Below are positions 1-8,108 of a DNA stretch of 20,000 bases, one piece after another. Source of the DNA: Actinomycetota bacterium (GTDB lineage: Bacteria > Actinomycetota > Acidimicrobiia > Spongiisociales > UBA4744); contig JAADGS010000040.1 of NCBI GenBank assembly GCA_013152275.1, forward strand, positions 50,487 through 70,486, in the 5' to 3' direction. How positions within the stretch are numbered: the stretch's first letter is position 1; each line of letters starts with the position of its first letter. Position numbers and translations under genes: made by a program. A model generated the notes under the pieces. The model saw nothing but the letters and a program-made list of their open reading frames with translations, had not been told where the DNA came from and did not search any database.

Positions 1-487
1 CCATGATCGGGATCTGCAGCCGAAGCGCCAGGCCGGCCCCTCTGGCGGCGAGAAGGGCAACCACGAGCACCGTTGCGGCGGCAACCACCTTCTGCGGCAC
101 TGCGGGCCAGACGATCCCGAGGCTCTCGGCCAGCCCGAAAGCGTAGAGCGTCACCGAGAATGCCTGTGCGAAGAACAACGGGATGCCGATCGCCGCCCCG
201 ATCTCCACCCCCAGGCTTCGCGAGATGATGTAGTAGGCACCTCCGGCGCCCACGCGCATGTTGGTGCTGACGGCGGAGACGGACAGGGCGGTGGCCAGCG
301 TCACGAGATTGGCGATGACGATGATGACGAGCGCACCCGTCAGCCCGACACTGCCGACGACCCAACCGGTCCGCAGGTACAAGATAACGCCGAGGATCGT
401 CAGGACGGACGGTGTGAAGACACCGATGAACGTGCCCAACTTCTCATCTCTGGATCGGCCCTTCAGCGCCGTCAACATCCGCTGCAT
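1..487 (-). CDS. Amino acid permease / SLC12-type cation-chloride cotransporter homolog, N-terminal part (runs off window start)
   Basis: Not in the ORF track. Manual minus-strand translation from ATG 487 (alternative ATG 478) gives MQRMLTALKGRSRDEKLGTFIGVFTPSVLTILGVILYLRTGWVVG...LSVSAVSTNMRVGAGGAYYIISRSLGVEIGAAIG. The GVF.P..L.I.GVI..LR and TN....GG.Y..ISRSLG.E.G motifs are hallmarks of the SLC12/CCC family. GGGAGA RBS-like site at 491-496. Confidence 0.85.
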   Translation of the reverse strand, partial: MQRMLTALKGRSRDEKLGTFIGVFTPSVLTILGVILYLRTGWVVGSVGLTGALVIIVIANLVTLATALSVSAVSTNMRVGAGGAYYIISRSLGVEIGAAIGIPLFFAQAFSVTLYAFGLAESLGIVWPAVPQKVVAAATVLVVALLAARGAGLALRLQIPIM

Positions 488-654
488 TGGTCTCCCAGGG
501 ACCGGTCAAGCAAGGCTAGTGGCAAGTCGAGTGTCGGTGTCGAAGCGAACATGGCGCGTGTGAGGATCCGGGGACGAGGGCCTCCGGAGACAGGAGAATC
601 GTGAACGACCAGACGGTGGAACCTTCTCGACGCCTTCTTCCTTCTCGACCGACG

Positions 655-1995
655 TCAGAGCTGCCCCGCATCTGCGTCGATGCCGTCGAGATAGGAAGGA
701 TCGTCATAGCGTCGGCGCCTGAAGGCGTCCGCGAACTCCGGCAGATCCTGGCCGGTGATGTGCAGCGACAGCAGCTCGGCCGCAGCCTGTGACGCCATGA
801 TGCCGAACCCGGACAGTGCCCCTATGACGAACGCGCCGGGTGTTCGCAGCGGCCCGATGATCGGGTAATTCTCGGGCGTCTTGACGTAGTACCCCCCGTC
901 GACCCAGGTCTTGGGCACTCGTTCACGGTACGCCTCGAGACCGGGGATCATTCTCGACAGACCCCGCAGCACGACCTCGGCGTGCATCGGATCGACGGGG
1001 ACGGGGAATCTGGGCGTCATGATGCGTCGCCGAACCTCCCACAACCCCAGCACCCACGGCGATTCGTCTCCGCCTTCCGGACGGAGGTGGCAGCCCGAGG
1101 GAAGGAGATCGAGCAGATCCGACATGCCGTCTCGCAACCCGGAGATCTCTTCCGGATCCCAGTCGATGGACTGCGGGTCGTCCCAGATCAGCAACGGAGC
1201 GTCCCTCGGCACCACACCGAGATGATCCTTGAACGCCACCTTGAGGTGCAACTCGGCGTGAATGGGAAGCTCCTCCCCGAGCAGACCTGCCACATCGCCC
1301 ACCATCGGGCCTGCAGCGTCGACGAAGAATCGCGTTTCGATGCGGCTCCCATCGTCGAGATCGACGGCCCCGACTCCGGCCGGACCGGTCTCCACACCGA
1401 TGACCTCGCGAGGCAGGAACCTCACTCCCGCCGACTTTGCCTCCGCGAACAGCCACGCCCCGAGCTGCTGCGCGTCGAGCCACCCTGCACGACGCACATG
1501 CAGCGCCCCCACGGCGTCTTCGGTCAGGTAGGGAAAGAGCCGCCGAAGCAGGTCGGGGTCCGCGATCAGGTCCGCACCCGAGGTCATCCTGTCCCAACGC
1601 CGCGCCACTGCACACGGCGTCCGATCCTTCAACGGTTTGTGGACGCGCAAGCTTCCCCCGCCTGCCTTTGCCGTTGCGATGGCATCGGATTCGAGGGCCT
1701 CGAGACGGGTGTCGTCCCCGGTGACGTAGATGTAGCCGCGCCGGTCGAGATTGAAGATGTCGCCCGAGGTGGTGGCGAACTCTTCGAGGAGATCGATCGA
1801 GCGGTTCATGAGATGAATCATCGGTGCTTGTGGCCACCAGTTCCGATAGCACTCGGTCGACTTGTCGCTCGTCAGGGTCAACGGCGGGCGCGGGTCACAC
1901 AGAATCACGTCCCGTAGGCCGTGACGCATCGACAGGTGGTACGCGACACTCACGCCCGCGATACCCGCACCGGCGATCACAACCTCCGCCTTCAC
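655..1995 (-). CDS. FAD-dependent oxidoreductase, DAO / sarcosine oxidase beta / glycine oxidase-like family
   Basis: N-terminal Rossmann motif VVIAGAGIAG and C-terminal PIIGP...GALSGFGIMAS typical of the DAO family. Start moved from 2088 to GTG 1995 (VKAEVVIAG), which has GGAGG upstream at 2006-2010. Confidence 0.85.
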   Translation of the reverse strand: MKAEVVIAGAGIAGVSVAYHLSMRHGLRDVILCDPRPPLTLTSDKSTECYRNWWPQAPMIHLMNRSIDLLEEFATTSGDIFNLDRRGYIYVTGDDTRLEALESDAIATAKAGGGSLRVHKPLKDRTPCAVARRWDRMTSGADLIADPDLLRRLFPYLTEDAVGALHVRRAGWLDAQQLGAWLFAEAKSAGVRFLPREVIGVETGPAGVGAVDLDDGSRIETRFFVDAAGPMVGDVAGLLGEELPIHAELHLKVAFKDHLGVVPRDAPLLIWDDPQSIDWDPEEISGLRDGMSDLLDLLPSGCHLRPEGGDESPWVLGLWEVRRRIMTPRFPVPVDPMHAEVVLRGLSRMIPGLEAYRERVPKTWVDGGYYVKTPENYPIIGPLRTPGAFVIGALSGFGIMASQAAAELLSLHITGQDLPEFADAFRRRRYDDPSYLDGIDADAGQL

Positions 1996-2031
1996 GCTCC
2001 TGCTTCCTCCCCACGGGAGCCACATACCCAC

Positions 2032-2080
2032 GAACCCAGGGCTCAGGGGGGTCACTACGACCCCTACGAGCCCAGGGTTC
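2032..2080. repeat. 49-nt inverted repeat made of two quasi-palindromic boxes GA(A/G)CCCAGGG(C/T)TC in a divergent intergenic region
   Basis: GAACCC 2032-37 pairs with GGGTTC 2075-80, GGGCTC 2039-44 with GAGCCC 2068-73, GGGGTC 2048-53 with GACCCC 2059-64; loop ACTAC. Confidence 0.7.
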
Positions 2081-2100
2081 AAGGACACCGGCGCCGATCC

Positions 2101-2106
2101 TAGGCT
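2101..2106 (+). promoter_or_regulatory. Putative -10 element for a leaderless lipoprotein transcript
   Basis: TAGGCT (TANNNT) lies 6 nt before GTG 2113, with no canonical SD in between. Confidence 0.5.
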
Positions 2107-2112
2107 TGGGGG

Positions 2113-2652
2113 GTGTCACACCTCCGTTATCGTGTCCTCCTCCTCCTTCTCCTCATCACACTTGGAGCATGCGCTCCGCCGGTAACCCATGACCTCTCCG
2201 GTTCGCTGGCGGTGTTCGATTACTCCTATCACAACGATCTCATCGTCGAGGAGGCCCAGCGTCTGGCGAGAGGTGACTACTTCGGACTTCCCGAGGCGGA
2301 ACGCGATGCCGTCTGGATCGAAGCTGTCGGCCTTGTACGAGGAACGCCGTGCACAGACGGAGTCGAGACGTTCCCCGGGATTCATGCGGGAGCTCCGGTA
2401 CGGATCATGGATGCCGACGGCAGCATGCTCGCCGACAGCGCCCTCTCGGGTGGATTCGTGGACCTTCTCCCCTATCCGGACGTGCAGGCGAAGGTGATCG
2501 CCGTCTGCCGCTTCGAGTTCGAAGTGCCAGAACTCGCGGATACGACCGGCTACGCGATTCTCGTAGGAGACCAGGAGCCGAAAACCTTCACCAAGCCGGG
2601 CCTCGAAGCAGCCGGATGGACGGTATCGCTCGAATTCGGGGTGAACCGTTGA
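2113..2652 (+). CDS. Hypothetical lipoprotein
   Basis: 179 aa; basic N-terminus, hydrophobic stretch and lipobox LGAC (MSHLRYRVLLLLLLITLGA-C). No recognised domain. Confidence 0.75.
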   Translation: MSHLRYRVLLLLLLITLGACAPPVTHDLSGSLAVFDYSYHNDLIVEEAQRLARGDYFGLPEAERDAVWIEAVGLVRGTPCTDGVETFPGIHAGAPVRIMDADGSMLADSALSGGFVDLLPYPDVQAKVIAVCRFEFEVPELADTTGYAILVGDQEPKTFTKPGLEAAGWTVSLEFGVNR

Positions 2653-2776
2653 GCTTCTGCACCACCGCCGGGATGTGAACGATGCTTCGTCCGACGAGAT
2701 CTAGTCTTGGGCCGACACGACATCACATCGTCACGGTTCACGCGACACGCCCCATCCTCGGGCGGGAGGTTGATTA

Positions 2777-3907
2777 ATGATCATCGGAGTCCCCAAGGAA
2801 TCTCTACATCACGAGCATCGGGTTGGCCTGACTCCGGACGCCGCAGCCCACCTGCACAGGCTCGGACACACGGTTCTGGTCCAACACGACGCAGGACTGG
2901 GTGCCCGATTCTCCAACCACGAGTATGAGCAGGCCGGCGCGCAGATCGTCTACAGCGCGGAGGAGGCCTACCGACGTGCCGATCTCGTCACCAGGATCGG
3001 CACGATGTCTTCGGTCGAGCTGGATCTCCTCAAGCCCGGATCCGCAATCTGCAGTTTTCACCACATGGCGGTCGCCTCGAAAGCACTGGTCGACGGGTTG
3101 GTCGAGCGAGAGATCACCGCCGTCTCCTACGAACTCATCGAGGACGCAGCAGGCAACCGCCCGATCCTCGCACCGTTCAGCGAGATGGCGGGAATGCTCG
3201 CTGTGCATCTCGCCGGCTACTACCTCCAGAACGACTCCGGGGGAAGGGGAATCCTGTTGGGCAACGTGCCGGGGATCTCCCCACCGACCGTCGTCATCCT
3301 CGGTGCGGGAATCGCCGGCCGGACGGCGGCATGTCACGCGAGAGCGACCGGGGCCCGCGTCGTCGTGATCGACACCGACATGGCGAAACTGAGATCGGTG
3401 AGTTCCCGATGTGGCGGTCAGGTTGCGACTGCGAACGCCAGTCTCGAGCCGCTGGAGAACTACACGGCTTCGGCAGACGTGCTCATCGGCGCGGTGCTCA
3501 TTCCCGGTTCGCGAGCTCCGATTCTGGTCACCGAGGACATGGTCGAAGGGATGCGTCGAGGAAGTGTGATCGTCGACCTCTCGATCGACCAGGGAGGTTG
3601 CGTGGAAACCAGCCGGCCGACGGGTCTCGACCAGCCGACCTACATCGTCCACGATGTCGTGCACTACTGCGTGCCGAACATGACGGCGAACGTCGCCCGC
3701 ACGGCCTCCAAAGCGCTCACGAGAGCCGTCCTGCCCCAACTGGTGTCGCTGGCCGAACGAGGGACCGGAGGTGCTGCGGCGGCGGATCCCCATCTCGCCG
3801 CGGGAGTGGTGATGTATGAAGGAAACCTCGTGCACCGCCAGGTCGCCGCCGCCCACGGCCTGCCCTTCGTCGAGCTGAGATCGCTCCTGACGGGAGCCGG
3901 CGCATGA
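2777..3907 (+). CDS. ald: Alanine dehydrogenase-family protein (divergent active site)
   Basis: MIIGVPKE...EHRVGLTP, GGRGILLG.VPG, GAGIAG NAD motif, VDLSIDQGGCVETSRPT and HYCVPNM. GGAGG RBS at 2765-2769. Confidence 0.88.
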   Translation: MIIGVPKESLHHEHRVGLTPDAAAHLHRLGHTVLVQHDAGLGARFSNHEYEQAGAQIVYSAEEAYRRADLVTRIGTMSSVELDLLKPGSAICSFHHMAVASKALVDGLVEREITAVSYELIEDAAGNRPILAPFSEMAGMLAVHLAGYYLQNDSGGRGILLGNVPGISPPTVVILGAGIAGRTAACHARATGARVVVIDTDMAKLRSVSSRCGGQVATANASLEPLENYTASADVLIGAVLIPGSRAPILVTEDMVEGMRRGSVIVDLSIDQGGCVETSRPTGLDQPTYIVHDVVHYCVPNMTANVARTASKALTRAVLPQLVSLAERGTGGAAAADPHLAAGVVMYEGNLVHRQVAAAHGLPFVELRSLLTGAGA

Positions 3908-5202
3908 ACTGGTTCGACGACTACAGATCGAAGCTGCAGACTCCGCACCAGGCAGTCTTCCAGATCCAGAGCGGCGACCGTGTCTACTACGGAGGGAACG
4001 CGGCGATCCCGTGGGCACTGGTCAGGGCGCTCGCAGAACGAGGCGAAGAACTCTCCGACGTCCAACTCAATCACGTTCTCCTCGTTGGCGACGATCCCCT
4101 CTCCGATCCGGCGATGGCCGATCATTTCCGTCACAACTCGCTCTTTGTGGGACCGGCGGATCGGGCTGCGGTGAACGAAGGACGCGCAGACTACGTTCCC
4201 ATCTTCCTGCACCAGATTCCGCGCCTGTTCAAAGAGAACATCATTCCCCTGGATGTCGCAATGTTGATGGTGTCCCCGCCGGACGAGCACGGCTTCATGA
4301 GCCTCGGCGTCGAGACGCTCGCCTCCCAGGCCGCCTACCAGTCGGCCAAGAAGGTGATCGTCCAGGTGAACACGAAGATGCCGCGCATTCTCGGCGACTC
4401 GTTCCTCCACGTGAGCAGGGTCGACACGATCGTCGAGCACACCGAGGCGTTGCCCAACCTGATACCGAAACCGGCCACAGAGGTCGAACGCAAGATCGCG
4501 GCGCACGTACTCGAGCTCATTCCGCCGCGTTCGACGGTGCAGATGGGCATTGGCGGCATCCCAGACTCGGTGTACGAGTCGATGGAAGGCGATCTACAGC
4601 TTGGGATCCACACCGAGATGCTGTCGGACGGAGCCATGCGCGCCATCGAACGCGGCGTCGTCACCGGGGCATACAAGTCGCTCCATCCCGGGAAGGTCGT
4701 GATCACGTTCGCGATGGGAAGCGACGATCTCTACGAGTTCCTCGACAACAATCCGCTCATCGAGGCACACCCCGTCGACCACACGAACGATCCGTTTGTC
4801 GTTTCCCAGAACGACAACATGGTCGCGATCAACTCTGCGATCGAGCTGGATCTGACCGGACAAGTCTGTTCCGACTCGATCGGCCCATACATCTACTCGG
4901 GGTTCGGCGGGCAGGTCGACTTCATTCGCGGTGCGGCGAAGTCCAAAGGCGGCCGACCCATCATCGCGCTTCCCGCAACCGCCAAGGGCGGAACGCTCTC
5001 TCGCATCGTCCCGTTCCTGAAGCAGGGCGCCGGTGTGGTCACCAGCCGTGCCGATGTTCACTACGTCGTCACCGAATACGGCGTCGCCAACCTGTTCGGC
5101 ATGAATCTCCGGGAACGGGCAGAGGCGCTGATCGAGATCGCCGCCCCTCAGTTTCACGAGGAGCTGGAGGCCGCTGCGAAGGAACGCAAGCTGCTGCCGT
5201 GA
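3904..5202 (+). CDS. Acetyl-CoA hydrolase/transferase family (4-hydroxybutyrate CoA-transferase-like)
   Basis: QMGIGGIP, GIHTEM (catalytic Glu), NSAIELDLTGQV, SGFGGQVDF and VVTEYG motifs. ATGA overlap with the ald stop. Confidence 0.92.
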   Translation: MNWFDDYRSKLQTPHQAVFQIQSGDRVYYGGNAAIPWALVRALAERGEELSDVQLNHVLLVGDDPLSDPAMADHFRHNSLFVGPADRAAVNEGRADYVPIFLHQIPRLFKENIIPLDVAMLMVSPPDEHGFMSLGVETLASQAAYQSAKKVIVQVNTKMPRILGDSFLHVSRVDTIVEHTEALPNLIPKPATEVERKIAAHVLELIPPRSTVQMGIGGIPDSVYESMEGDLQLGIHTEMLSDGAMRAIERGVVTGAYKSLHPGKVVITFAMGSDDLYEFLDNNPLIEAHPVDHTNDPFVVSQNDNMVAINSAIELDLTGQVCSDSIGPYIYSGFGGQVDFIRGAAKSKGGRPIIALPATAKGGTLSRIVPFLKQGAGVVTSRADVHYVVTEYGVANLFGMNLRERAEALIEIAAPQFHEELEAAAKERKLLP

Positions 5203-5212
5203 GACTCTCTGC

Positions 5213-5256
5213 CGGTACCCGGGGATGGCGAACGGATTCATCTCGAGCAGGTGCCG
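5213..5256 (+). terminator. Imperfect stem-loop downstream of the CoA transferase (possible terminator or stability hairpin)
   Basis: CGGTACC 5213-19 pairs with GGTGCCG 5250-56 and GGGATG 5222-27 with CATCTC 5239-44. No U-tract. Confidence 0.3.
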
Positions 5257-5300
5257 ACATCGACCAGAGCGTGGTCCACCCCAGGAGAGGACCGAGCGAG

Positions 5301-5306
5301 TAGCGT
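5301..5306 (+). promoter_or_regulatory. Putative -10 element for leaderless lutA
   Basis: TAGCGT lies 7 nt before ATG 5314, with no SD in between. Confidence 0.5.
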
Positions 5307-5313
5307 CCTGTCC

Positions 5314-6039
5314 ATGGCCACCGTGCAGCTCTTCGTCACGTGCCTCGTCGATGCGTTCGCGCCGCAGGTTGGAGAAGCCGTCGTGGACCTTCTCGAGCGA
5401 CTTGGACTGACCGTCGAGTTTCCCTTCGGACAGACGTGCTGTGGTCAGCCTGCGTTCAATGCCGGTTTCCGTGACGAAGCCCGGCGTATGGCCGTGCACA
5501 CACTCGAGGTGCTCGACGCCACCGAAGGCATGATCGTGCTGCCATCGGGGTCGTGTGCGGACATGGTCATCCGCCACATCCCCGATCTCGTCGCCGACGA
5601 CCCCGACCTCTCCGAGGCGGCTCAGAGGGTCGCGGCCAGGACGCGTGAGTTCACCTCGTTCCTGGTCGACGACCTCGACGTGACCGATGTGGAGGCCACC
5701 GGCGCCGGCTCCTGCACGCTACACCACTCCTGCCATGGCCTGCGGAACCTCGGCGTGAAGTCACAGCCTGAACGGCTCCTCGACAACGTCCAGGGAATGG
5801 ATCGGGTGGAACTCGCGGACGCGACCGAGTGCTGTGGCTTCGGAGGCCTGTTCGCTCTCGAGATGCCCGACGTATCTATCGCGATGCTCGACAGGAAGCT
5901 CGACAACATCGAGGCAAGCGGTGCCGACACGATCGTCGGAGGCGACATCTCGTGTCTCCTGCACATTGCAGGAGGTCTGCACCGGCGAGGGAGCTCCATC
6001 GAGGTTCGCCACATCGCCGAGATCCTCGCCAAACGATGA
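5314..6039 (+). CDS. lutA: L-lactate utilization protein LutA/YkgE (CCG Fe-S domain)
   Basis: VQLFVTCLVD, QTCCGQPAFNAG, SGSC, HHSCH, ECCGFGG and DISCLLHI. Start taken at ATG 5314. Confidence 0.92.
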   Translation: MATVQLFVTCLVDAFAPQVGEAVVDLLERLGLTVEFPFGQTCCGQPAFNAGFRDEARRMAVHTLEVLDATEGMIVLPSGSCADMVIRHIPDLVADDPDLSEAAQRVAARTREFTSFLVDDLDVTDVEATGAGSCTLHHSCHGLRNLGVKSQPERLLDNVQGMDRVELADATECCGFGGLFALEMPDVSIAMLDRKLDNIEASGADTIVGGDISCLLHIAGGLHRRGSSIEVRHIAEILAKR

Positions 6040-7424
6040 CCTCCTTCCTCGAACGAGCGCGCTCGGACATCGGCACTCCCCCGATTGCCGCGCTGCAGAT
6101 CGGCGCGCGACGATTCTCCGACCATCGCGCGCACGCCGTCGAGGCATTCCCGCCGATGGACGACATGCGAGATCGCGCTCGAGCAATCCGCCTCCACACG
6201 CTCGCGAATCTGGATCGGTATCTGGCCCAGTTCGCAGATGCTCTCGAAGGGGTGGGAGGGCACGTGTTCTTCGCCGCGGATGCCCACGAAGCCAACGAGT
6301 ACGTCGTACAACTTGCGCACGCCCGAAACGTGGAGCGGATCGTCAAGTCCAAATCCATGCTCACCGAGGAGCTGCACCTCAACGACGCCCTCGAAGCCGA
6401 GGGGATGGAGGTCGTCGAAACCGATCTCGGAGAGTTGATCGTGCAGCTCGCGAACGACCGCCCATCACACATCATCGCCCCGGTCCTCCACAAGACCCGC
6501 TTCGAGATCGGCACGCTGTTCGAAGAGAAGCTTGGCGTCCCGTACACAGATGATCCGATCCAACTGAACACGATTGCCCGCCGCCATCTCCGTCCCCTGT
6601 TCCTCACCGCGGACATGGGGATCAGCGGCGTGAACATCGCTGTCGCGCAGACCGGTTCCATCTGCATCGTCACGAACGAAGGCAACGGTCGCCTCACCAC
6701 CACGGCGCCCAGAATCCACGTTGCGATGTTGGGTGCGGAACGCCTCGTCCCATCGATCGGGGACATGTCCGTCATCCTGGAGGTACTCGCCCGCAGCGCG
6801 ACAGGCCAGAAGCTGAGCGTCTACACGAACGTCCTCACCGGCCCTCGCCGCCCCGGTGAACCGGACGGCCCGGACGAACTCCATGTCGTGATCGTCGACA
6901 ACGGGCGCTCGAAGGTCCTGGCGGGTCCAAGCTCCGAGATCCTGGCCTGCATCCGCTGCGGAGCGTGCCTCAACGTCTGTCCCGTGTACCGGACCGTCGG
7001 CGGGCACGCCTACGGCAGCACCTATCCGGGACCCGTCGGATCGGTGCTCACCCCGGCACTGTTCGACCTCGACGAATGGTCGGATCTGCCGTACGCGTCC
7101 ACGCTCTGCGGAGCATGCCTGGAAGTATGTCCCGTTCGTATCGACATTCCCCGACTCCTGCTCGATCAGCGCAACCTGTCCGTGCAGACGCGAACCGGAC
7201 CCATGTGGATGCGACGCCCGCTGCGTGCCTACGCAGGTGCAGCGACGCACCCGGGCCGCTTTCGCGCGCTGCTGCGTGCCGGTGCCGTCATCGGTCGTCT
7301 GTTCCGCACCGGATGGATCCGCCGGCTTCCCTGGCGAGGAGCCGCATGGACCCGGGGCAGGGATCTGCAGGCACCAGTCAAGTCGTTTCATCGACGCTGG
7401 AAGGAGCGCAACCGTGGATCGTGA
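6036..7424 (+). CDS. lutB: L-lactate utilization Fe-S protein LutB/YkgF
   Basis: VKSKSMLTEE, ETDLGE, PSHIIAP, TNEGNGR, plus two ferredoxin motifs CIRCGACLNVCP and TLCGACLEVCP. ATGA overlap with lutA. Confidence 0.95.
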   Translation: MTSFLERARSDIGTPPIAALQIGARRFSDHRAHAVEAFPPMDDMRDRARAIRLHTLANLDRYLAQFADALEGVGGHVFFAADAHEANEYVVQLAHARNVERIVKSKSMLTEELHLNDALEAEGMEVVETDLGELIVQLANDRPSHIIAPVLHKTRFEIGTLFEEKLGVPYTDDPIQLNTIARRHLRPLFLTADMGISGVNIAVAQTGSICIVTNEGNGRLTTTAPRIHVAMLGAERLVPSIGDMSVILEVLARSATGQKLSVYTNVLTGPRRPGEPDGPDELHVVIVDNGRSKVLAGPSSEILACIRCGACLNVCPVYRTVGGHAYGSTYPGPVGSVLTPALFDLDEWSDLPYASTLCGACLEVCPVRIDIPRLLLDQRNLSVQTRTGPMWMRRPLRAYAGAATHPGRFRALLRAGAVIGRLFRTGWIRRLPWRGAAWTRGRDLQAPVKSFHRRWKERNRGS

Positions 7425-8067
7425 CGCGTTCTTGGCTCGGATCCGGTCGGCGTCGGCGTCCCTGTCGGCCTCTTCCGACCCGGGGATTCTCGTCCCCGAG
7501 CAGCCCCCCGGTGATCTCGTAACCCGCTTCTGCCGTGAGCTCGAAGCCGTCGACGGGGTGCCCCACCGTGCTGTGGATACGGATGATGCCCTCCGCATCG
7601 TCCTCGAGCTGATGGAAGGACACCGTTGGTTCATGGCCCGTGGGCCACTGCCGGTGCCCGGCCTTGCCGGCCGCCTGATTCATGACGGCTATCGGATCAT
7701 GAACAGCGATGTGCCACCTGACCCGGCGGCGCGTATCGAGCACCAGCTCGCCTACAAGACACTCGAGGTCGGGATCACCGCGGCGGACGCCGCTCTGGCC
7801 GAGTCGGGGTCGATCGTCGTCACGTCGGGACGCGAATCACCGCGGATGGCGTCCCTGATCCCGGAGACCCACATCGCTCTGGTCCGCACCGATCAGATCT
7901 ATCCGTCGCTCAGTCACTTCCTCGCCGAACGCTCCGAGGTGGCGACCCGGTCGAGCAACATGGTCGTGATCACCGGGCCGAGCCGCACCGGCGACATCGA
8001 GCAGACCCTGACGCTGGGTGTGCACGGTCCGCGCCAGGTCCACGTCGTCCTCATCCCGTTCTCGTGA
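7414..8067 (+). CDS. lutC: Lactate utilization protein LutC/YkgG (LUD domain)
   Basis: GTG start after AAGGAG; AESGSIV, RMASLIP.THIA and ITGPSRTGDIEQTLTLGVHGP. Confidence 0.92.
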   Translation: MDRDAFLARIRSASASLSASSDPGILVPEQPPGDLVTRFCRELEAVDGVPHRAVDTDDALRIVLELMEGHRWFMARGPLPVPGLAGRLIHDGYRIMNSDVPPDPAARIEHQLAYKTLEVGITAADAALAESGSIVVTSGRESPRMASLIPETHIALVRTDQIYPSLSHFLAERSEVATRSSNMVVITGPSRTGDIEQTLTLGVHGPRQVHVVLIPFS

Positions 8068-8108
8068 CGGTTGAGCCGGTTAGTTCCCGCGAAGCGTCAC
8101 GAGAACGG
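8056..8108. repeat. 53-bp REP-like palindromic element, copy 1 (convergent lutC/DUF885 junction; probable bidirectional terminator)
   Basis: Perfect 14-bp arms CCGTTCTCGTGACG and CGTCACGAGAACGG. A second copy lies at 14798-14850. Confidence 0.85.

Noticed and set aside
258..563. 101-aa plus-strand ORF
   Set aside because: Antisense to the SLC12-like transporter, which has clear family motifs.
4011..5303. 430-aa alternative-frame ORF and similar long shadow ORFs (14746..16059, 12124..13233, 2804..4018, 6465..7634)
   Set aside because: Low-complexity R/G/P-rich or antisense translations overlapping well-supported genes.
5829..6035. N-terminal extensions of LutB (likewise LutC from 7225, MTase from 10431, aminotransferase from 18892)
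   Set aside because: They overlap upstream genes out of frame; better starts with RBS or stop-start coupling exist.
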